Part shown: positions 7,549 to 14,904 of the stretch, piece by piece
Numbering within the stretch: position 1 is the first letter of the stretch
Layout: each line of letters opens with the position of its first letter
Virus record (IMG/VR): IMGVR_UViG_3300032328_000603
Span: 1-26,885 of that record
Length of the DNA: 26,885 bases
Reading direction: 5' to 3' (one strand)
Source of the DNA: a virus
Lineage: Duplodnaviria; Caudoviricetes
The notes under the pieces: generated by a model
Database searches by the model: none
Seen by the model: the letters and a program-made list of their open reading frames with translations, nothing else
Told to the model about the DNA's origin: nothing
Program-made: the position numbers and the translations under genes

Positions 7549-9443
7549 GGGGTCACCTTCTTGTCTAGTTTGCGGTAGATCGCCAGCAATGCGGGATGGA
7601 TCCGGAAGTGCTCTGTCTCGGGCATTCCCATGTAAATTGCGAACGTCTCGGCGATGTATTCTTTGTCATTCGAGTTTCCATAAACCGAGACGAGCAGATC
7701 CCAGCCTGTGCTCCTTGGCCTTTCCTGTCTAAGAAATGCGTCGAGCTCCGGGCCAATAAGCCGGTCTTGCAAATGGATTAAGTGCCCGTATTCGTGAAAT
7801 ACTGTCGAGCGCGTCGTGAACACATCGTCGGTCGAAGTGCTGTCCACGCACCAGTTATAGGGGTTCCCGCCGAGCGCGTCCATCTGCGCGACACGATCCC
7901 GCACGCGCTGGTCAATGACGACCCCCGGCTTTGGGTTCGCTAAAGCCGTGTTGCGCTGGTTCAAATAACGCGCGGCGCTCCTGTTCGCGCTTGCGGCCAG
8001 CTTAGTCGCTGTTTGCCCGAACCCAGACGCGGGGATATGAAACATCCCCTTGTTTCCAGTTATCGCATCTGTGACCTGATACATGGCCGCGAGCGCGGTC
8101 CTGCTGACCCGCGCATTCGCATAGAACCGCTTGGCATATCCAAAAGCCGCAAGAGGCTTGAGCTCGAACCGCTCGGCGACTTCTTGCATCGCGGGGAGCG
8201 CAACATTGAGCGCGGCGATCGTCGTCCCTTTTAGATCCACCTTGCCTGCGATCCCACTGTTGCGCACATAGTCCTCTATTTGTCCCAGCGTTTTGAGCGG
8301 TTTATAGCTCTCATAGGCGAAGACCTGCGGCGCTGGGGCTGGTGGAGTAGGGGGCGGCGCGACCGGTGGCGGCGCTGGGCGAGGCGGTGGCGGTGCTGGT
8401 GGAGCAGGAGCGACCGCTGGCCCAGCGGATCCGGGCAGGAGATCCCGGGAGATGATGCGCGCGAAGACCGCGCACCGGCATTGTATGGTATTCGCGGCGA
8501 GCGCGCTCGGATCCCCGGGATAAAGGATCGGCCCGAGGGGGCTCGTGAAGCTCTCCCCTTGCCCGACGCCGCGCGGGTTTAGTCCGGGGATCTGGACGTG
8601 CGCGTTCCGGACTTTCCCGTCGCCGGTGTGGATCCAAGTCCGGCGGACCTGCCGAGCGTCGATCTGGCCCTTGTTGATCATGTCCTGAAAGAGCTCCCAC
8701 TGCGCGCCTTGCACCGCCCGGATACTCTCGGTTCTGCCGATCACGTTCGCCCGATATTTGACATATCGGTCGCGATACCGGTCGACCAGCGACCGGATCT
8801 GCGCCTCGGTCAGCGCCTTGTCGTTGGCGATCGCGCGCGCGACGGTCGGATCGCTGCGCCGGTCGCGCAGCTCGCGATCAAGCGCGGTCGGATCCAGCGC
8901 GCGCAGCATCCGCTCGTAATTGTTGACCGCCGCCTCCTGCCGCCGCGTCAGCCCGATCGAGCCACGGATCCGGCGTGCGATCGCGAACGGGTCGTCGCCT
9001 GCGGTCGTGCCGGATTGGATCACCTGCCGGATCGTGTCGCGCGTCGTCTGGTCAATCTCGCGGATCCGGGTCGAGGTCATGGTCTGGGCAAACTGCGCGA
9101 GGCGCGGGTTGAGCCCGACGCGGATCTCGAAGTCCTCTTGCGCGCCGTTGATCACGCCCTGCGTCTCGGAGGTCACCTTGACCCCGGCAAGCACGGCCTG
9201 CTCGATCGCTTTGCCGTAGGGTTGCCACTCGGTCGACGTGAAGTGCCCGGCGAATGCGTTCTCGAGCGACGTGTAATCCCGACGCTCGAGAAGCCGAGCG
9301 ATGGTCTCCGCCGGAACCCGGACGCGGATCGTCTCGATCGCTTGGATGAACGCCGCCGCGATCTTCGGATCCATGCCCTCCGCTGCCCGCAAGAAGAGCG
9401 CCACCGCATCCGAGGCGGTCACCTTGCGGATCTCGAGCATCAT
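7545..9443 (-). CDS. MuF (phage Mu gpF / SPP1 gp7-like) minor head protein with a C-terminal zincin metallopeptidase domain
   Basis: MuF motifs IGRTE, W...D-x-x-VR-x-x-H, YPGDP and CRC. These are followed by a poly-Pro linker and HEYGH...SVYG...EYIAETF. Start taken at the ATG at 9443, overlapping the upstream stop. Confidence 0.85.
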   Translation of the reverse strand: MMLEIRKVTASDAVALFLRAAEGMDPKIAAAFIQAIETIRVRVPAETIARLLERRDYTSLENAFAGHFTSTEWQPYGKAIEQAVLAGVKVTSETQGVINGAQEDFEIRVGLNPRLAQFAQTMTSTRIREIDQTTRDTIRQVIQSGTTAGDDPFAIARRIRGSIGLTRRQEAAVNNYERMLRALDPTALDRELRDRRSDPTVARAIANDKALTEAQIRSLVDRYRDRYVKYRANVIGRTESIRAVQGAQWELFQDMINKGQIDARQVRRTWIHTGDGKVRNAHVQIPGLNPRGVGQGESFTSPLGPILYPGDPSALAANTIQCRCAVFARIISRDLLPGSAGPAVAPAPPAPPPPRPAPPPVAPPPTPPAPAPQVFAYESYKPLKTLGQIEDYVRNSGIAGKVDLKGTTIAALNVALPAMQEVAERFELKPLAAFGYAKRFYANARVSRTALAAMYQVTDAITGNKGMFHIPASGFGQTATKLAASANRSAARYLNQRNTALANPKPGVVIDQRVRDRVAQMDALGGNPYNWCVDSTSTDDVFTTRSTVFHEYGHLIHLQDRLIGPELDAFLRQERPRSTGWDLLVSVYGNSNDKEYIAETFAIYMGMPETEHFRIHPALLAIYRKLDKKVTP

Positions 9444-9826
9444 GCGGCGACATCCAGCTCGTCGAACGCCGGCGCGCCAAGGGGGAGCTTCGCCCGGAAG
9501 TCCCTGTAAACTGCGCGCAATGGCCGGTCCCCGGGGAATAGATCGAACGATTGACGCACGCCGTCGAGCATGACGCGCACGTATTCGTCGCCCCATCGCT
9601 GCATCGAGGAGATCTTGGCCGGGCGGATCCACCGCGCGTCGGTCATCTCGATGAAGTCGAGCTTGAACACGTCGGTCTCGGTCAGCGCGAACCCGTTGAG
9701 CGCCGGGATCTGCAATCCCGGGACGTGCACGATCAGGGTCAGCGCGGACATCGACGCTTCGATCGCATAGATGTCTGCGATGTCGACTTCAATCTCGATG
9801 TTGCGAGGGTAGACTTGGATCTTCAT
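9440..9826 (-). CDS. Hypothetical protein with a degenerate LytTR-like pattern
   Basis: 128 aa with ATGA overlaps on both sides. DIYAIEA...F...I-x-x-x-KI-x-x-MQRWG...V-x-LDG follows LytTR spacing. Confidence 0.6.
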   Translation of the reverse strand: MKIQVYPRNIEIEVDIADIYAIEASMSALTLIVHVPGLQIPALNGFALTETDVFKLDFIEMTDARWIRPAKISSMQRWGDEYVRVMLDGVRQSFDLFPGDRPLRAVYRDFRAKLPLGAPAFDELDVAA

Positions 9827-11187
9827 TCTGGCACTCCGGTGTCGAGCGGTTGAGGTGGTGCGGTCCCCATCATGTCGGGGTCTGCGGTCTTCTCTGGGAA
9901 CCCGGCGGCGCGCCGGATTGTGTTCTCTGTGTCGTCGTCCGGGAAGAGCGGCATCCCCGCGCCTGCGATGTCACGCACGAACGCGCCCAGCTCGGCCAGA
10001 TCCACCGGCGCGATGTCGCCGAACGAGATCGACGGCATCAAGAGCGGGTCGAACCCGTTGATCTCCCAGAGCAGGGTCACGAGCTGCCGGTTGAGCACCG
10101 CCGCGATCGCCTCCGTGTAACCGCTCGCCGCTGTCAAAAAGATGTTCGTCTTGCTCTTGGAGAGCGCGAACGACCCGGTGTCGCTGCTCCCGAGCATCAG
10201 GAAGTCCGCGAGCACCGACCGCGCGATGTTCTGCTGATGTCGCAGGATCACCTCCCCGGTCGGGATCGCGCGCGTCCCCTTGGCGGTCACGAGGTCGAAC
10301 TGCACCATCGGGATTGAGGTCTTGGATCCGTCGTCGTTCTCATAGACGTCCGACGGGAGCAGCACGAACCCCTGATCGTTGAACTTGACGTCGCGCAGGA
10401 TCTTCTTGAAGGCGTTCGCGAATGCCTGTTGAGGCGCGGTCGCGTTGTCGGCCAGATATTCGGACGGGATGCGTCCGACCGGGATCCCGTTCATCTCGCG
10501 CTCGACCGCGATCGCCTCGATCATCTGAATATGCGACGCGTAGTGATACGACGTGAAGGCGTTCCGGAGGATCGAGCGCCCGCTGGGGTCGTTGTTGATT
10601 GTCGAGGTGCGGAAGTGCAGCATCTTGTCGATCGGGATGTCGACCGCGCCGGTCTTGAGCGTCATTGCGGTCTGCCGCACGCCGGTGATCGCGCCGTTCT
10701 CATCGGTCAGGAAGCGGTCGATCGTCCATTGCGCGCGCGGCGCGAGCTTCCGGATCCCCATCTTACCATCATCAAACTGCGAATAGCGCGTCGGATCGTT
10801 GGCATAGCGCCCGCCGCGCGTCTTGTAGACGACCTCGAAGACCGAGAACCCGAACGGAAGGAAGGTCAGCACTTCGGCGAGGAAGTCGTCGACCGTCCCG
10901 TCCATGTCGGCGAAGCATTGCTCGACGAAGATCTGCGCGTCTTTCGCCTCTGGACTGTCGTCCGCCGCCTCGACCCGGAACTCTGCCGCCCGGAGCAGCA
11001 TCTCGAACGCCATGAGGATCGCGCCGATCACCGGGTCATTGTCCTTCATCTCCCGGAAGGTCCGGGTCGCGTTGAGCCCCCGGAGCTTCGGGAGGAACTC
11101 GTCCGGTCGGAGCTGGTCGTTCATCCCGTAGGATCCCGCCGCGCCCATCTCTCGCGTCGCTGTCGCTTTGTTTGGTGCTTTCGCCAT
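9823..11187 (-). CDS. Portal protein (DUF935 / Mu gp29-like)
   Basis: 454 aa directly after the large terminase. LPFGFSVFEVVY, PSGRSILR-x-A, ER...G-x-P and GSFALSK motifs. Confidence 0.9.
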   Translation of the reverse strand: MAKAPNKATATREMGAAGSYGMNDQLRPDEFLPKLRGLNATRTFREMKDNDPVIGAILMAFEMLLRAAEFRVEAADDSPEAKDAQIFVEQCFADMDGTVDDFLAEVLTFLPFGFSVFEVVYKTRGGRYANDPTRYSQFDDGKMGIRKLAPRAQWTIDRFLTDENGAITGVRQTAMTLKTGAVDIPIDKMLHFRTSTINNDPSGRSILRNAFTSYHYASHIQMIEAIAVEREMNGIPVGRIPSEYLADNATAPQQAFANAFKKILRDVKFNDQGFVLLPSDVYENDDGSKTSIPMVQFDLVTAKGTRAIPTGEVILRHQQNIARSVLADFLMLGSSDTGSFALSKSKTNIFLTAASGYTEAIAAVLNRQLVTLLWEINGFDPLLMPSISFGDIAPVDLAELGAFVRDIAGAGMPLFPDDDTENTIRRAAGFPEKTADPDMMGTAPPQPLDTGVPE

Positions 11188-12656
11188 CAGCCCGGCCTCG
11201 CCTTGTTGCCCACATGATCACCGACCACAAAAAGACCGGTCTTTTTCTGACGCTTAGGTGCGACGGCATTGAATGCCGAGCTCGCCGCGTCCACCTGATC
11301 CTTATACACTCCCCGAGGGAAATGTCGAAGCTCTTCTATGAAGTCCCGGTTCCAAGGACCGGCGACGACGTCGACGTTCCCGGCCTCGACCTGCGCCGCG
11401 AACGGCTCGGCCCGGGTCTCTTTGGATCCTGTCTGCGGCTCGATCCGCACGCGATACCCGGCGAGGCGGACGATGAAGTCGCGCGCCTGCACCTTGCCAG
11501 CCTGCCCGGGATCCTGCGGGATCGAGATCGGCACATCGTCGCCGTCGATCCCGGCGGTGTCCTCGATCAGTTTGCGCACGCCCTCGGGCCCGACGCGCTC
11601 CCTGCGGACGCCGGCAATGATCACCCGGCGCGCTGCCACGCGCCACCCGACGAGCACGCCTGCGGTGTAAGCACCGCCGCCGTCGGTCGCTGCCAAGTCC
11701 CACGCCCTGCACCAGATGATCTCCTCATCTTGCGGCACTGCGTCGAGCGTCGAGATCCTGTCGGCCTTGAAGAGACCGCCCTCTCGCGGCGTCGGGCGCT
11801 GCTCGAGCTGGGCCGAGGCGGCATAGATCCCGAGCGTCGTCTCGAGCTCGGCCACGGCGCGCGCAGAGAAGCGCGCCGGCCACATCAATTCGCCGGGCTC
11901 TGTGCGCGGATCCTTCCACCCGATCGAGGTCGTGCGCGCGCGGCTGGGGTCGTAGTGCATGGGGATCAGGAGGTGCTCATAGCCCTGCTCGATCGCCGCT
12001 GCGGCGACGTCTTCGTGGTGCACGCGCTGCATGATGCAAACGAACGAGCTGCGGTCCAGATCGTTGACCCGGCTCGGCACGACCTCTCGGAACCATTGCA
12101 GCGTCTCGCCCCGGATCGCTTCGCTCTCCGCCTCGAGCACGTTGTGCGGGTCGTCGATCACGAAGACGTCGCCGCGCTCGCCGGTTGCTCGGCCTCGGAC
12201 CGAGGTCGCCATCATCGACCCGGTTGAGGTGTTCGCGAAATTGACCTTCTGCGCTTGGTCGTCAGAGAGGCGAACGTGCGGAAATAGCCGCTGGTAGAGC
12301 GGGCTCTCGACGATCATCTTGGCGCGCCGGTTGTCACGCGCTGCGAGCGCCTCGGCATAGGACGCGCCGATATACCGGAGCGACGGCCCTGAGATCCAGC
12401 TCCAAGACGGCCAAAATGCGCGCGTGAGGAGCGACTTCATTGACCCCGGCGGGACCGTGATCAGGAGCTTCCGGATCTCGCCCCGGGTGACGGCCTCGAG
12501 GTGCTCTGCGATCGCCTCGATCGGCCACCCGGTGACGAGCTGCCGCCCGGGCTCGAGCACCGGCCAGAACGTCTGCGCGAAGTAGAGCACCGAGCGGCGG
12601 CATAGCTCCGCCTCAATTAAGTCGCGGTCCGCCGTCGTGATCTTCGGGAGCTGCAT
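11187..12656 (-). CDS. terL: Terminase large subunit
   Basis: Walker A VPPGSMKS, Walker B VFVIDDPH, coupling motif MQR-x-H, nuclease motifs AWDLA and KDQVDA. Confidence 0.95.
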   Translation of the reverse strand: MQLPKITTADRDLIEAELCRRSVLYFAQTFWPVLEPGRQLVTGWPIEAIAEHLEAVTRGEIRKLLITVPPGSMKSLLTRAFWPSWSWISGPSLRYIGASYAEALAARDNRRAKMIVESPLYQRLFPHVRLSDDQAQKVNFANTSTGSMMATSVRGRATGERGDVFVIDDPHNVLEAESEAIRGETLQWFREVVPSRVNDLDRSSFVCIMQRVHHEDVAAAAIEQGYEHLLIPMHYDPSRARTTSIGWKDPRTEPGELMWPARFSARAVAELETTLGIYAASAQLEQRPTPREGGLFKADRISTLDAVPQDEEIIWCRAWDLAATDGGGAYTAGVLVGWRVAARRVIIAGVRRERVGPEGVRKLIEDTAGIDGDDVPISIPQDPGQAGKVQARDFIVRLAGYRVRIEPQTGSKETRAEPFAAQVEAGNVDVVAGPWNRDFIEELRHFPRGVYKDQVDAASSAFNAVAPKRQKKTGLFVVGDHVGNKARPG

Positions 12657-13095
12657 TCGTCATCGCCTTCTGGATCTCGAGGAGAGCTTCTGTTGAGAGC
12701 TGCGTATAGTCCACCGTCTGCACCGGTCCGCCGTTCGCGCCGGTGACCTCGATCTGCTGCCGGAGCTGGTCGCGCTGCCCGAGCATCTGCTTGCCCAGCC
12801 AGATCTGCATCGTCACGTTGCCGTTGTGCGCCGCCTTCCACTGGGCGCGTCGCAGCGACGCCTTGCCCTCGTGAGAGTGCTTTTCATATAGGTCCGCAAA
12901 ATTGACGACGCCGGGGATCCCTTGCTCGCGGATCCGCCGGGTCAGAGTATCCTCGGAGATCCCCAGCACCGCGCAGATCTCGAGCTTCGTGCACTGGATC
13001 TTGATCATCTCGATCACGACCTCGAGATCTTCGAGCGGTTTGCTCGGCCCCTTTGGGCCTGTCTTGCCCCGTGTCTTCGCTGCGACGCCTGCCAT
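12613..13095 (-). CDS. terS: Terminase small subunit
   Basis: HTH-like EICAVLGISEDTL, GKASLRRAQW...GNVTMQIWLGKQ-x-LGQ and EVTGANGGP. GAGGA SD before the ATG at 13095; the ATG at 13107 is an alternative. Confidence 0.85.
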   Translation of the reverse strand: MAGVAAKTRGKTGPKGPSKPLEDLEVVIEMIKIQCTKLEICAVLGISEDTLTRRIREQGIPGVVNFADLYEKHSHEGKASLRRAQWKAAHNGNVTMQIWLGKQMLGQRDQLRQQIEVTGANGGPVQTVDYTQLSTEALLEIQKAMTNAAPEDHDGGPRLN

Positions 13096-13103
13096 GATGA
13101 TCC

Positions 13104-13583
13104 TCATCTGTATCCTGCCGCATGATACGCTAAAAGCGCCGCCTCCGCCACTCCGTCGTCGGCCAGCGCCTTGAACCGCGCGCTGAACGGGAGCCCGAAG
13201 CGAAGCCGGCACAGGTCGAGGCTCTCGCGCTTGTCGGATCCGAGCCCGAGGTCGCGCTTCCAGACCGCCGGGGTCGTCCATGTCACCGTCTCGGCCATCA
13301 GATGCGCGAGAGCTTCGACCGCGCCGGTTGCCCTCCCGAAGCTGAACGCCGAGACGATCCCCTGCCCCGGGCGCGTCCCGACCTGTTCGACGACCGCTTG
13401 GTCTATCTGCCCGAGATCCGTCAGCCAGACCAGCAAGTCGCGCGCGTCGATCATACTCTTGCCCCGGTTCTTTACGACCGGCGTGCGCGTCCCAGCGATG
13501 AACACCGGAGGCGCGCCTTCTTTGGTCTCGATCAGTGCGAGACCGCCCGAGAAGCCGGGATCAATTCCGAGATACCGCGCCAT
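13104..13583 (-). CDS. RuvC-like Holliday junction resolvase
   Basis: GIDPG, VVE, FSFG, P-x-x-WK and D-x-x-AEA-x-LLA catalytic pattern. Confidence 0.85.
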   Translation of the reverse strand: MARYLGIDPGFSGGLALIETKEGAPPVFIAGTRTPVVKNRGKSMIDARDLLVWLTDLGQIDQAVVEQVGTRPGQGIVSAFSFGRATGAVEALAHLMAETVTWTTPAVWKRDLGLGSDKRESLDLCRLRFGLPFSARFKALADDGVAEAALLAYHAAGYR

Positions 13584-13778
13584 CTTTTAGATCCTTTCGA
13601 GGGAGTAGAGAAAAGCCCGGGTTGACCCAAAATCGGACAGAACCCCGGAGGGGTAACCCCCGCTTTAGCGGGGTTTCCCCTTCGGGTTCATACCGGCTGG
13701 ATACTGGGAGGGGAGGAGAGGATAATACTATAGGGAAACCTGTCCTCCCCTCCCATATTTTTAGGCTGTTTTGCGCGG
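13584..13778. promoter_or_regulatory. Structured intergenic element, copy 2 (putative late promoter/leader of the packaging operon)
   Basis: Hairpin at 13640-13689. A 17-bp inverted repeat (13705-13721/13739-13755) surrounds the same TAATACTATAGGGAAA loop as copy 1. Confidence 0.75.
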
Positions 13779-14066
13779 TCATTTTTGGCGCGCTTCGGGC
13801 TTGAATGTGAAGAGGATCGGGAAGCCCTCCGCATCCACTTCGACCGTCCCCCGGCGCACTTCTTTCGTGACCGGGCTCTCGATCTGGATCCAATAGGTCG
13901 GGGGCTTGATGCGGTAAAGCTCGCCGCTCGAGAAGCTCGGTTCTGCGATGTCTGTCCACCGTCCGTTTTCGCGCTGTTGGATCTCGACGCCGTCCTCAAA
14001 GAACGCCTTGAGGAGCCGGTATTGATCCTTTGGCCCTAACCTGCCGAATGCCATGTCATCGCGCAT
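13779..14066 (-). CDS. Hypothetical phage protein (W...P-x-F...YRIKP motif)
   Basis: GAGGT SD before the ATG at 14066. About 95 aa, in the operon direction. Confidence 0.6.
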   Translation of the reverse strand: MRDDMAFGRLGPKDQYRLLKAFFEDGVEIQQRENGRWTDIAEPSFSSGELYRIKPPTYWIQIESPVTKEVRRGTVEVDAEGFPILFTFKPEARQK

Positions 14067-14358
14067 TGCTGACCTCATCCCCGTGAGCGACGCGAGCGTC
14101 GGTTGCGATCTCTCCACCGCACGCGAGGTAGCCGCACGCATCGACCCAGTTGTCGACGTGCCCGGGGTTGCCCTTGAGACGCGCGATCTTGAAGAGCGCC
14201 ATCATCACCGCGACGTCCGTCGCGCTGACCTCATGCCCGAGGTGCATCGTCCAATAGAGCCCGATCAGCCCGAAGCTCGCCTCGGCGTCACCGTGTGTCG
14301 CTGCTCGATCCTTGGTGACGTATTGCGTCGCCGTGTCGAGGATCTCTTTCCTATTCAT
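14056..14358 (-). CDS. DUF6378-like phage protein
   Basis: R-x-x-IL-x-x-A...DR-x-x-x-HG...F-x-x-I-x-x-x-W...DVA-x-MM-x-x-x-KIAR...DNWVD-x-x-GY. AAGGAG SD. Confidence 0.8.
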   Translation of the reverse strand: MNRKEILDTATQYVTKDRAATHGDAEASFGLIGLYWTMHLGHEVSATDVAVMMALFKIARLKGNPGHVDNWVDACGYLACGGEIATDARVAHGDEVSNAR

Positions 14359-14486
14359 TCGTCGTTCTCCTTTTGCGTTTTATAGGTGGTTATGGGGCAT
14401 ACAAAACTGCGCCGGCACTGTTCTGAGCAAAACCCGTAGTGCAGGATCTCGACTTTCCGACAGTGCGGACATCTTCCGGTCATCAT
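14355..14486 (-). CDS. 43-aa Zn-finger protein (CPHC-x9-FCSEQC, YacG/TRASH-like)
   Basis: Translated by hand: MMTGRCPHCRKVEILHYGFCSEQCRRSFVCPITTYKTQKENDE. ATGA overlaps at both ends. Confidence 0.65.
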   Translation of the reverse strand: MMTGRCPHCRKVEILHYGFCSEQCRRSFVCPITTYKTQKENDE

Positions 14487-14740
14487 TCGTCTTTCCCTTC
14501 CAGTTTGTTGAGCCGGCGGATCAGAAGGGTCATCTTCTTCCGGTCGACCATCAGCCTATAGTTTGCGTGATGCAGCGTTTTGGGATCCGATGCCCAGATA
14601 GCAGCGTTGCGCCGGGTGATCATCGCGTTGATCCCGTTTTGCAACGCCTTGAGCTCCGCGACGAGCGCGTCGTGATCGTCGTGGATCTGGTCGATCTTCG
14701 CGCTTGCCAAGCGCGCGAGCCGGGCGTGCGTGATCGTCAT
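14483..14740 (-). CDS. Hypothetical coiled-coil protein
   Basis: 85 aa with ATGA coupling on both sides. Confidence 0.6.
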   Translation of the reverse strand: MTITHARLARLASAKIDQIHDDHDALVAELKALQNGINAMITRRNAAIWASDPKTLHHANYRLMVDRKKMTLLIRRLNKLEGKDE

Positions 14741-14904
14741 GCCAGAACCTGCAAGGTGACCAAGAGCACTGCGAGCCCGGCCCCGACAAAAAAGACGCGC
14801 ACGGTCAACGGATCTCGGATGCTGATCGTGATCCCCGTTTTATACATCGCCGCAAAGATTAGCGCCGCGCTCCACAAGAGCCCTGCAATAAAGTGCAAAA
14901 TCAT
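14737..14904 (-). CDS. 55-aa membrane protein (two hydrophobic segments)
   Basis: Translated by hand: MILHFIAGLLWSAALIFAAMYKTGITISIRDPLTVRVFFVGAGLAVLLVTLQVLA. GGAG SD and ATGA overlaps. Confidence 0.65.
   Translation of the reverse strand: MILHFIAGLLWSAALIFAAMYKTGITISIRDPLTVRVFFVGAGLAVLLVTLQVLA

Noticed and set aside
13616-13625. CCCGGGTTGA shared between late element copy 2 and 25775-25784
   Set aside because: A single GC-rich 10-mer that is not exact in copy 1, compatible with chance.
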